From Chrysochromulina tobinii (taxonomy: Eukaryota), in NCBI GenBank assembly GCA_001275005.1, contig JWZX01003090.1, forward strand, positions 1-64,000: DNA of 64,000 nucleotides. The letters are read 5' to 3'. Made by a program: the position numbers and the translations under genes. Positions 28,658-38,417 of the stretch are shown one piece after another; the first letter of the stretch is position 1, and the number at the start of each line of letters is the position of its first letter. The notes below the pieces were generated by a model that worked only from the letters and a program-made list of their open reading frames with translations, had not been told where the DNA came from and made no database searches.

Positions 28658-30853
28658 CAGCTCGCCCATCTCGTTGGCCACGGCCTCGGCCAAGTCTGCC
28701 GCGCTACCATCGCTCGGCAGCCCGCCGGCGAAGCTATCGTCCACGTCATCGTCCACGTCAGCAGCAGCCGCGTCGGTGGCCTCGTGGGTCGCGGCGGCGC
28801 GCGTGGCGATGCTCGGGGACAGGCTGGCGCGATCGGACCGCATGGGACAGCGGTACGGGTAGCGCGGAGGCTCGTAGCCCTCGACGTCCGCATGTGCCTG
28901 CCTGAGCACGTCCCGATCCGTGTCCTCGCGCAGCGCCGCGAGCATCTGCTGCGTCATCGGGTGAGAGACAAAGGGGCTGCTCTCAGCGAGAAGCCGCCCG
29001 CGCACGAGCGTTGCTAGAGCGAGACGCACGTTCGCCACACGGTCGGTGACGATGGGCAGCAGCGCGGGCAGCACCTTCTCGAGGCTGATCGGTGGCGGCA
29101 ACCCCTCGAGCAGCGAGGCGCAGATCTGCACGCAGTTGGCGCGCTTGTGGCACGAAGGCGCGCGCGCCATCGACACAATCGTGTCCACAAACTCTCCGAG
29201 GATGCTAAACGTCTCCTCAGCTTCCTTGTAAGCCTCGCTCTCGGGAGAGAGCGGATGCTCCTCGGACGGCGGCGGCACTGCCGCCGCCGCGAGCGCGAGC
29301 GGCTGCAGCAGCTTGCCCACCTGGCCGATGGCTGTCTGGCGCACCTCGGCGACCGAGTCCGTACACAGGCTGAACGCGAGCGGCAGCAGTGTGTCGAGAG
29401 TCGCCGCCCGATCGTACGCAGCGCCAAACTCCGCGAGCTGCGAGGCAAGCAGTTGGCGGAAGCGCCAGTTATCGGTCTCGGCGCGCACCTCACCCAGGAT
29501 CGGCAGGTACTGCAGGCGCGTCTCGGGCAGCAGGCAGCCCACGAAGGCTGCCAGGTGCTGGATGACTCCAACCTTGACCTCGTCGAGGTCCTTAATGAAG
29601 AGGTCAAACGTGGGCAAGAGTGCACTCTCCGAGAGCTCGGGGCCGAGGATGGCAGCGATGTCGTGCAGGGAGCATGAGAGGGTGCGGCGCACCTTCCACT
29701 GGATGTTGCTCGCGAGCGTGCCGAAGGCTTCGGCCAGGTCAGCCCAGCGCTCGCGCCCCACGGCCTGCGCCACGCCCGGAAAGTTGTACGCGCAGCTGTA
29801 CGCGACGTCTGAGTCCGCGGCCGTCGGGTTGGAGGGATTTGCGAGCTGCGTGAACTGTTCGAGGAGCGCGCTCGAGATGGCATCGGCTGGCAGCGTGGCG
29901 ATAAAGGGGCCGAGCGCCTGGCATGCGGAGATGCGTACCCAACGTGACGAGTCCACGTGGAACTCATGCATCAGCTTCTCGAGCTGCCCGGTGCGCACCT
30001 CGAGGGGCATCACTGCCGACACCTCCGCAAGGCTCTCGACACTCGCCTTGCGCACGCCCCAGATCTCGTCGCGCGCGAGCACCTCGAAGATGGGGAGCAG
30101 CCGGCCAACTGTTAGCTCGGGCCCCACCACCGTCGAAACCGCGCCCACGCGCAGCGCCGCCGCCTTGCGCACCCGGAAGGCGGGGTCGTCGGCGAGGCAC
30201 ACGAGCTCGGGCAGCACGTACTGGCAGCACAGGTCGTAGCCGAGCACGGGGGCGAGCGAGCCGAGCAGCTGCGTGGCGACCACGCGGTGCTCCTCGACCT
30301 CGTTGTCGTGCGCCAGGCACAGCACCTCGCGCAGCACCGTGTCGCCCACGTCTCCTGCGTCGATGAGCGCCGCTAGCTCGAGCAGCGCCTCGGCCGCAGC
30401 CTCGGAGAGGCCGGGCGAGTTGCCGCTCGCATCCTGCGAGCCGCTGCTCAGTAGCGATGTGAGAAGCGGCACAAGCTCCCTCAGCACGCATTCCTTGGCG
30501 GTCGCCTCAGAGCCATTGGCAGCAGCCGTGCCATCCTTACGACCTGCCTGTACATCAGGCTCAGACAGGAGGACCCTGGCAAGCGGCACAATCTGCTCGA
30601 CGAGCGTCTCGCGCACGGCCACATCGGGGTCAATGGAGATCATCTTCAGCAGCGGCACGATGCGCGAGAGCGCATCTGTGGCGCCCACCTCCTCTGCGCA
30701 GGCTGCAATCTCTCGCACGTGCACCAGCCGCTGGACCGACGCGCCTGAGGTGCTGAAGCGCTCGACGCGCTCGAGGAGGGTGAGGGTCTCATCAATTTCG
30801 AGACCGGCGCCCTGAGGCGGCACAGGCAGCCCTTCACCATCCTCCATCGGCAT
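28622..30853 (-). CDS. PPP4R1: Protein phosphatase 4 regulatory subunit 1-like HEAT-repeat protein
   Basis: HEAT repeats with FRVRKAAA, WGVRKA, SRWVRISA.QALGPFIAT, CAYNFPGV...GRERW, QWKVRRTL..SLHDIA.ILG. Confidence 0.8.
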   Translation of the reverse strand: MPMEDGEGLPVPPQGAGLEIDETLTLLERVERFSTSGASVQRLVHVREIAACAEEVGATDALSRIVPLLKMISIDPDVAVRETLVEQIVPLARVLLSEPDVQAGRKDGTAAANGSEATAKECVLRELVPLLTSLLSSGSQDASGNSPGLSEAAAEALLELAALIDAGDVGDTVLREVLCLAHDNEVEEHRVVATQLLGSLAPVLGYDLCCQYVLPELVCLADDPAFRVRKAAALRVGAVSTVVGPELTVGRLLPIFEVLARDEIWGVRKASVESLAEVSAVMPLEVRTGQLEKLMHEFHVDSSRWVRISACQALGPFIATLPADAISSALLEQFTQLANPSNPTAADSDVAYSCAYNFPGVAQAVGRERWADLAEAFGTLASNIQWKVRRTLSCSLHDIAAILGPELSESALLPTFDLFIKDLDEVKVGVIQHLAAFVGCLLPETRLQYLPILGEVRAETDNWRFRQLLASQLAEFGAAYDRAATLDTLLPLAFSLCTDSVAEVRQTAIGQVGKLLQPLALAAAAVPPPSEEHPLSPESEAYKEAEETFSILGEFVDTIVSMARAPSCHKRANCVQICASLLEGLPPPISLEKVLPALLPIVTDRVANVRLALATLVRGRLLAESSPFVSHPMTQQMLAALREDTDRDVLRQAHADVEGYEPPRYPYRCPMRSDRASLSPSIATRAAATHEATDAAAADVDDDVDDSFAGGLPSDGSAADLAEAVANEMGELNLGTVDEPGDR

Positions 30854-31111
30854 TGAGGGCCGTCGGGCGGTGTGAACGTTAACACGGATAGAACCGGGGC
30901 TTTTCGCTTATATGTACAACTTGAATCCTGTTCGTGAGCTCCTTCGTAGGGACCCACTAGCTATACACTAGCTTGGGACCTTTAATCGCCGCCCTATTTT
31001 CTCGACTATCTTGTCCCACTCGCGCATCCTTCTCCTATAAGTGACTTTAATGTCGCTCCAACTCACGCGCCGACTCACGTCGGAGCACTAAGTATACAGA
31101 TCCCCTCTGAC

Positions 31112-34100
31112 TCAAACGGGCAAGCCGAGCTCCTTCAACTTCCACTTGGGCACGCCGATGCTCTTCAGCTCCTCGAGGTCGAAGCCGGCCTCCTTGAGCT
31201 CCTTGGCTGAGAGGCCTGCGTCCCCAAGCTGCTTGATGGTGAAGCCGGCGTGCTTGAGCTCGTCGGCTGGGAAACTGCAATTGACTAGGTGCAACGCAGA
31301 ATATCCACCGGCCTTGAGCTCCGCGGCGGTGAAGCCCACGTCCTCGAGGTCGTTCGCGGAGAAGAACGCCTCCCTGAGCGCCTGGACACCAAAGTCCACC
31401 CCCTTGAGCTCCTTTGCGCTGAACCCGCCGATCTTGAGTTCGTACGCCGAGTAGCCGACCTTGCGCAGCTCGTCGACGCTGAAACCAGCGAGGCGCAAAT
31501 CATGGCACGTGTAGGCTGGGCAGGCTTTGAGTTCGGCGGCGCTGAATCCGACATCGCGCAGCGTCTTGGGCTTGAAGCCGCACTCGCGCATCTCGTCCAC
31601 CGAGCAGCCCGTGTCCCTAAGCTCTTTCGGCGGCAGGCCGCCGCGCTTCAGATCCATCATCGTGAAGCCGACGGCCTTGAGCTCGGTAGCCGAATAGTCC
31701 ACGGCGCGCAGCTCGGACACGGTGAACCCACCGGTGCGCATCTCGGATAGCGTGAAGCCAACGGGCTTCAAATCGGCGGCCAAGTAACCTCCGGCCCTTA
31801 GCTCGGACGCGGGGAAACCCGCAACCCTGAGCTCGGCCGCGCTGACTCCGCCCTGCTTGAACTGAGACAACGTGTAGCCGCCCGCCTTCATCTCGTTGGG
31901 TGTGAAACCGCCTGCTTTCAGCTCGACGACGCTGAAGCCACCCTCGAGCAACTCCGGCACTGGGAAGCCGTTCTGCTTGAGCTCCTTGGCGGTGCACCCG
32001 CCCAGTCGCAGCTCGACCGTCGTGAAGCGCACCAGCTTGAGCTCCTTTGCGTTGAAGCCCGCGCCGCGCAGCTCGGCCACATTGTACCCGATGGCCTTGA
32101 GCTCCTTGGCGGTGCACCCCTCATCTTTGAGTTCCTTGGCCGGATACCCCTCCTTCCTGAGCTCGTCCAGCGTAAAGGCCGTCGACGCCTTGAAGCCCGC
32201 GGCCTTGATTTCCTTTGCAGAGAAGCCCCCCTGCTTCAGGGCATGCGCCCCAATCCCCGCAAGACGAAGCTCCTGCCCGGTGAACCCGGCGTCCTTGAGC
32301 TCGCTGAGGGTGAATACCGATGCGGCCCGGAAGCCCGCGTCTTCGACGTCCTTGGCTGAGTAGCCGGCCTCCTTGAGCTGCGATGCTGAAAACCCAGCGA
32401 TGCCGAGCTGTCGCGAGTTGTAACCCGCCTTCTTCAACTCCTTACCTTTGAAACCAGCCACTTTGAGCTGATCAGCGCTAAAGCTTGCCGCCTTGAGTTC
32501 CGTTCCAGTGTATCCACCGTTCTTAAGGTCCTTTGCGGTACACCCGACTGCCTTCAGGTCCGTCGCGGAATAACCACCATCCCTCATCTCGGAAGGCGTG
32601 AAGCCAGCCTGCACGAGCTCTTGCGACTGGAAAATTTTCTTGAGATCGGTCGGAAGAAAACCGCCTGCCTTGAGCTCGGCCGCTGTAAAGCCGTACTCTT
32701 CGAGCTCTGAAGCGGTGAACCCCGCCGGACGCAGCTGGTTCGCTTTGTACCCGGCGTCAATGAGCTCGGCGAGCGGGTACTGTGCTTCCACGAGCTGTTC
32801 AACATTCAGGCCGGCAGTACGCATCTGCTTCGCCGTGAATCCGACGCCATTCATTTCGATAGCCGCGAAGCCTTGGCCTTCCGCGTACAGATCTTTGGCG
32901 GCAAAGCCAACGTCCTTCAGCTGCTGCGCGTTAAAGCCCGCGTCACGCATGGCGCGCGCCGCGTAGCCGGCAGTCTTGAGCTCGCCTACACTCAGGCCAG
33001 CCCCCTTGAGCTCAATCGCCGAGAATCCACCCTCCATGAGCGTCTGAGGCAGAAAGCCACCCGAGATGAGATCGTGAGCGGTGAAGCCGCCTCTCTTGAG
33101 CTCCCGCGCCGCAAAGCCACCATCCTTGAGCTCATGCACCATGCAACCCGCCTCGCGCAGCTCTTGGGCCGATGAATACCCGCCCTCCTTGAGCTCCTTG
33201 GCGGTGAAGCCCACGGACGTGAGCTCGTGCGCTGCAAATCCCACCTCGTGCAGCTCCGAAGGGGTGAAGCCCGCCCCCTTGAGCTCTTTGACGGAGTATC
33301 CCACCGCCTTCATCTCAGACAGTGCGATGCCTTCCAACTTCAATCCGGTTGCTGAGATGCCGGCCGCCTTGAGATCCGCCACTGAGGCGCCTGCGCCAGT
33401 GAGCTCTGCCAGAGAGGCACCGGCGGCACGCAGTTCCTCGGCGCCGTAGCCAACGTCCTGGAGCTCCTGGGCGGAGAAACCCGCATACCGAAGGTCCGAG
33501 AGCACAAAACCCACCTCTTTGAGCTCCCTGATCGTGCAGTTGGCGTCTCGGAGGTCCCGTGCGGAGCACCCGGCGTTCTTGCAGATCTCGACGGTCCACC
33601 CTGCGTCGAGCAGCTCGAGGGCACTGTAGCCAGCGCCACGTACCTTCTTGGCATTGAACCCGGCCTCCTTCATCTCGCTCGACTTGTAACCCACGGATCG
33701 CATCAGGGTCGGGTCGTAACCTGCGACCTTGAGTTCTTGCGCCTTGAAGCCCGCTGCCTTCATCTCGCTAGCATAATATCCTGCCGCCTTGAGGTCGGTG
33801 GCCGTGAAACCGCCTACCTTGAGTTCAGTGAGATCGAACAGCTCCTTGAGCTCCGCGGCCATGAAGCCGGCTAACCGCATCTCCAGCGGTGTGTACTTGA
33901 GTGGATGGAGCTCCTTCGCAGTGAACGTGCCTTCCCTGAGCTCGGTTACGCTGAACCCGTTCGCCTTGAGTTCTTCCGCAGTAAAGCCGACCGCCTTAAG
34001 TTGCCGTGCAGGAAAACCGCCCAACCGCAGGTCCGCGGCTGTGTAGCCTGCCAATTTGAGCTGTGCTGCTGAGAATCCGCCCTTCCTTAACTCCCCGGCG

Positions 34101-37100
34101 GTGTAGCCGCCCGCCATCAGCTGCGAAGCCTTGAGCTTCGCGGCTTTCATCTCTGCCCCCGTGTACCCGCCCTTACGAAGGTCAGGCAACAGGAAGCCGG
34201 TGCACAGCAGATCCTCCGCCTTGAAGCCAACCGAGCGCAAGGACTCGGCGCTGATGAGGACGAGCAAGTGCCCTTGTCTGATTGAACCGCTGACGATCAA
34301 TCTTACAAGCTGTGAACAATAGTCTTCACGCTTGACCTTGCCTCGGCGCATGTCCATGAGCAGCCTGGAAACATTCTCGCCAGCCACCTGCTCGTGCGGC
34401 TCGACCACCCCAACATTAAGGTTCCGTCGTCGGAGCTCGGTCATGAAGATCAACTCTGCACGCCACGGCCCCCCTGGCCGAAAAATGGGTGCGTCTCGGA
34501 GCGCGGCCGCCCCACCGTCCCTGCCCCGCAGCTGCTTGATTGGCATGCCGTAGCCAGATTCGGCCGAGATGGTGAGCACTTCGAGCTCCGACAGCACGGC
34601 GCCATTCTTGTTCATTTGCTCCACCAGCATCGCGCCGCCGGAGCCAGGCTTTGTGAAGTCGATCCCACTGATGGACAGGTCCAGAGTCACGAGGCTCGCA
34701 TTCTTCGACAGCGCGTCCACCAGAGGAGTGATTTCGGAGTCCTCCAGCTCGTATGGACACGTAAAGGTGAGGATCGTCCCCTTCTTGAGTGCATCGAGCG
34801 GCAGACCAGCGCCAACATGCCAGAGCTGCACTGCCTTCGCCACGACCGTCAAGCCCGCTTGCCGCGCGGCAAACACGAGCTCGATCCAAGTCTTCAGAAT
34901 TGCCACGACCGAAATCGTGATGGACTTGGGTAGCAGGGTAACGAACTCGAAGAGGGCGAGCTCGGAGGGCGTCGCAGTGCCGGCCTGCACGTGCTTGATC
35001 ACGGCCACGTACACAAAGCCTTGCAGCACGCACTGCGGGAAGCTCTCGATGAGCACCTCGGCGATGATGCGCGTCGCCTTGTAGGCAGGCACGAACTGGC
35101 GTAGCCAGTCGGGAAAGGGGAGGACCGCCAGCAGGCCAAAGGGCTCGAGAAACATGAGGAAATCGAGCAGCAGCAGACCCATCGGGAAGCCGGTCCAAAT
35201 GAATGAGATTGTAATGGCGCTGTCCGCACCGAAGGTTGCTCTCAGGTACGGGATGACGCGGACGTATACGACCAGGAACTGTGCGATGAGCAGGATGAAG
35301 GATGCCGAAGCATAAATATAGCTGCCGGAGTTGTAAAAGAGCATGAGCACGCTGACGTCCGAGATTATGTCGGCAAAGTAGATGCTGATGGCCATGATGC
35401 CGGAGATGCTGCGAAGGATGCCCTTGAAGATGGATCCCTTGAGGAACTGAGCGAGCAGTGGAACCTCTTTCACGTGATCCTCGGCCGCTTCCGCCATGGG
35501 GCTATCCTTTGCAGGCAGCTTCTTCGATGCTGGCTGTTGGGCCATCACGTTGAGCTCCTTGCGCAGCTCCTCCCGTCGCGTTTGCAGCTGCTTGAGCTCG
35601 TGCCGCTCCTCGTGCACCTTCTCCGTCGCTGACTTGGGCAGCAGCTGCACTCGAAGCTCCTTCATCTCGCACTCCGCCATCACGACTCGGAGCTCATTGA
35701 CCATATCCGAAGCCGTCACCGGCCGCTTCTCTGGCTCTGCGCCGTCCGCCTCCTCTAGCCGGGCATAACTTCCGCCCCCTTGTCGTCGCTCCTTCTCTCG
35801 TAGGGCCATCCTGCGCTCCGCCGTTGTGCGCTCCATCCAGTCGGTGATATCCTTGAGGAAGAGAACGAAAGTGGCACAGGAGAAGAAGGCACCGAAGAGG
35901 CTCATAAGGTAATAGACGGGGTGCCGTTCGGCGTAATCCCACGTGGCGTCCTGCGCCCTTACATAGAAGGGGGGCTGCATCGGCGGCGGAGGCGGCGCAT
36001 TTGGAAGCACCGGTTGATCGGTGAAAGCATCCATGAGCCATTGTATTCCCCACCATATGGGGATCACTAGCAGGGCCAAGTACTGGAGTAGGCCCATTTC
36101 GATGAGCTCTGCTGCACACATGGTGATAGCGCTCCAGATCATCGGAAAGAAGGTGAAGATGCTCTGCCAGAGGTTCTGCACCTCCTCGGACTCTTCTTCT
36201 TCTTCCTCCTCGTCTTCCACCACCAACGCTTCGCTCGTTGAAGCGTTGCGTACCATTGCCGGTCCCGATGCCGCTGCAGCCGCAGCAAGTCCAGCTGTTG
36301 GAAGGATGACCTGCACCGGCAGAGTGTTCTCCGGTCTGTCTGCATCCTCGCGGTCAGGGGACTTCATGCGGCTCGCTGTCGACGAGTCGGCTGCTGCTTG
36401 CCTGCGCGTCGCGACGCTGCCGTGACCGCCACCTAAGCCCGACCCGCCGTCGCCTCTAGAAGGGCCGGTGGTCGCAGGGCTCACCGTACGCTTGCTGGTG
36501 CTCGTTGTCTGGGTGCTGGCGAGCTCGGCCACTGCGCCGCGCTTGCTGAAGAACGTGTCAGAGGCCGAGAACATACGCGAGCTCATGTCAGAAGCCTTCT
36601 GCACGACCTTCTGCGCTCGGCTCTGCGGGCGTTCGTCGGAAGGTTTTGTGATTGCGTGCTCCTCGTCGTTAGACGACAGACCAGATTCTTCGGAGGCGAA
36701 TTCGGTAGGAGCCTCTGGCGCAGCAGCCTCTGCATGTGCTGCTGGAGCTGCTTGCGCGGATGGAGCTGCTCGCGCGGATGGCGCGGCTCGCGCGGATGGC
36801 GCGGCTCGCGCGGATGGCGCGGCGAACGTCTGCGCTACTTCTGATTCTTCGCCTGCGCCGGAGCTTGCCGTATCAGCATTTCCGACCTTCGCGGATCCTT
36901 GAGCACCCACCATCTTCCGAGAGCTTCCCATCAGCATCCGAAAACTCTCTTGAATCGCGAGGGCTTTTGAAGCGGCGGTCACTCGTAAAGAGGGTAGTCT
37001 GTTCAGGGCTGGCTTGCTCATCTGTGGCTGCGATGATCCTGGTAAGCTGCTGCAAACACCCGCCGCTCCATTAGGCTCCGATGAGCAGGCCTGTGGTAAT

Positions 37101-37300
37101 CGGTGTTGTGCTGAGTTGCTGATCAGTGGCTGCGACGATTCTGATGAGCGGCTGCAAGGACGACCAGCCATTCGGCTAGGCTCTGAGCGCTGCTTTGTGG
37201 ATGAGCTGGCCTGAAAAGCAGGCGTGCGTTGCGGCTGGATCGGCTTCCGACCACCAGGTCGATGAGCCGCCTCGCCGCTCGAGAGCACCGTACTCGACAT
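31112..37300 (-). CDS. Large membrane protein: XK-related TM domain, short LRR, and ~100 decapeptide G(F/Y)xAxELKxx repeats
   Basis: XK-like motifs YFADIISDV and EVLIESFPQ.VLQ. LRR-like LVDALSKNASLVTLDLS. About 1040 aa of 10-aa repeats from ~34250 to the stop. Start codon uncertain. Confidence 0.8.
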   Translation of the reverse strand: MSSTVLSSGEAAHRPGGRKPIQPQRTPAFQASSSTKQRSEPSRMAGRPCSRSSESSQPLISNSAQHRLPQACSSEPNGAAGVCSSLPGSSQPQMSKPALNRLPSLRVTAASKALAIQESFRMLMGSSRKMVGAQGSAKVGNADTASSGAGEESEVAQTFAAPSARAAPSARAAPSARAAPSAQAAPAAHAEAAAPEAPTEFASEESGLSSNDEEHAITKPSDERPQSRAQKVVQKASDMSSRMFSASDTFFSKRGAVAELASTQTTSTSKRTVSPATTGPSRGDGGSGLGGGHGSVATRRQAAADSSTASRMKSPDREDADRPENTLPVQVILPTAGLAAAAAASGPAMVRNASTSEALVVEDEEEEEEESEEVQNLWQSIFTFFPMIWSAITMCAAELIEMGLLQYLALLVIPIWWGIQWLMDAFTDQPVLPNAPPPPPMQPPFYVRAQDATWDYAERHPVYYLMSLFGAFFSCATFVLFLKDITDWMERTTAERRMALREKERRQGGGSYARLEEADGAEPEKRPVTASDMVNELRVVMAECEMKELRVQLLPKSATEKVHEERHELKQLQTRREELRKELNVMAQQPASKKLPAKDSPMAEAAEDHVKEVPLLAQFLKGSIFKGILRSISGIMAISIYFADIISDVSVLMLFYNSGSYIYASASFILLIAQFLVVYVRVIPYLRATFGADSAITISFIWTGFPMGLLLLDFLMFLEPFGLLAVLPFPDWLRQFVPAYKATRIIAEVLIESFPQCVLQGFVYVAVIKHVQAGTATPSELALFEFVTLLPKSITISVVAILKTWIELVFAARQAGLTVVAKAVQLWHVGAGLPLDALKKGTILTFTCPYELEDSEITPLVDALSKNASLVTLDLSISGIDFTKPGSGGAMLVEQMNKNGAVLSELEVLTISAESGYGMPIKQLRGRDGGAAALRDAPIFRPGGPWRAELIFMTELRRRNLNVGVVEPHEQVAGENVSRLLMDMRRGKVKREDYCSQLVRLIVSGSIRQGHLLVLISAESLRSVGFKAEDLLCTGFLLPDLRKGGYTGAEMKAAKLKASQLMAGGYTAGELRKGGFSAAQLKLAGYTAADLRLGGFPARQLKAVGFTAEELKANGFSVTELREGTFTAKELHPLKYTPLEMRLAGFMAAELKELFDLTELKVGGFTATDLKAAGYYASEMKAAGFKAQELKVAGYDPTLMRSVGYKSSEMKEAGFNAKKVRGAGYSALELLDAGWTVEICKNAGCSARDLRDANCTIRELKEVGFVLSDLRYAGFSAQELQDVGYGAEELRAAGASLAELTGAGASVADLKAAGISATGLKLEGIALSEMKAVGYSVKELKGAGFTPSELHEVGFAAHELTSVGFTAKELKEGGYSSAQELREAGCMVHELKDGGFAARELKRGGFTAHDLISGGFLPQTLMEGGFSAIELKGAGLSVGELKTAGYAARAMRDAGFNAQQLKDVGFAAKDLYAEGQGFAAIEMNGVGFTAKQMRTAGLNVEQLVEAQYPLAELIDAGYKANQLRPAGFTASELEEYGFTAAELKAGGFLPTDLKKIFQSQELVQAGFTPSEMRDGGYSATDLKAVGCTAKDLKNGGYTGTELKAASFSADQLKVAGFKGKELKKAGYNSRQLGIAGFSASQLKEAGYSAKDVEDAGFRAASVFTLSELKDAGFTGQELRLAGIGAHALKQGGFSAKEIKAAGFKASTAFTLDELRKEGYPAKELKDEGCTAKELKAIGYNVAELRGAGFNAKELKLVRFTTVELRLGGCTAKELKQNGFPVPELLEGGFSVVELKAGGFTPNEMKAGGYTLSQFKQGGVSAAELRVAGFPASELRAGGYLAADLKPVGFTLSEMRTGGFTVSELRAVDYSATELKAVGFTMMDLKRGGLPPKELRDTGCSVDEMRECGFKPKTLRDVGFSAAELKACPAYTCHDLRLAGFSVDELRKVGYSAYELKIGGFSAKELKGVDFGVQALREAFFSANDLEDVGFTAAELKAGGYSALHLVNCSFPADELKHAGFTIKQLGDAGLSAKELKEAGFDLEELKSIGVPKWKLKELGLPV
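36754..36824 (-). repeat. 18-bp coding tandem repeat (APSARA), about 4 copies
   Basis: cgcggatggcgcggctcg units. Confidence 0.85.
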
Positions 37301-38417
37301 TGTGCTCACGGCAGTCCACGCGGCAGCTAGCCGCAAGCAGGTTGCCAGCCAGTCACCTGCCTTCAGCCGCCAGCGGCAGCCAGCCGATACAGTTAGGGAT
37401 TCTCTCGAAGGTGAGGACCTAGTCCTCGAGCTTTTTGGACTGCCCGCAAACACCTCGCACGCAGCCGAGCTCTGTTCAACACAACGCCCGAACCTAAGCA
37501 CACATGAGCACAGAGCCGCTATAACTTCGGACGGAGGTGTGACCATCTACGACAACACATCGTAACAGGACTACTAATCCCTGGCCAGTCAGGCTTCTCT
37601 CCACGAAGGAGGGGCGTCGGGAACCGCTGCAGACTGCCAGCACAGCGCCTCTAGGTTCTACTCCGCGAAGGTCCTTATACAATCATGTCCGCGGCGGCCG
37701 CGCGCCGCCGGGCGTGCGCGCGGCGGCGCCAGGCGAGGCCGCCCCTCGCGACCACGAGCTGTACAACTCGAAGCGACCTGTCCGCAGTGGTCGGACGAAA
37801 GCCGACATTAAACCGACAGTGGTGCGCAGATAGTCACGCACCTAGACCGAAGACCGACCGAAACAGAGCCCTTTGCATGCTTGCGGTAACTGCTATTCGC
37901 ACAATCGAACACAACTACACCGCGCAGCAACTGTGGCACCGCGCGCCCGGGTCCCAGACGGCCAAGCATCAAGAGCCCCAAGCCCGCGAAGCATCCATCC
38001 AGTACGTTCCACTCCACTTCTTTCTCCTGCGAACGCATCATCTCTCCTATAATTTCCGCTCACGCGTCGTCCTCGCTCTTCTGCGCAGTGGCCAGTGAGC
38101 ACAGCAGCCATAGTAAGCAGCCACACACGGGGTGTCCGCGGTGTACGGTGACCGAATGTGATCGAGCTATCACCCGACTCCACCCCGACAGCTCCGCCGC
38201 CGCGTGCGGTCGCGACATGCCACGGGCTCTGGACCACGCGCGCAGACTCTCGCATATAGTTCTTGCCACGCTCAGCAGAGCGCCGTGCGGTCGCCTTCAG
38301 CAGCTATGCGCGCTTGCAGACTTGGTGATGTTGTCACTTCGAGAGCCGCACCATAGACGATGGCGGAGGCACGTGATTGGATAACTGTTCAAAGCGACGG
38401 AGACACTCAGAGCGCTA

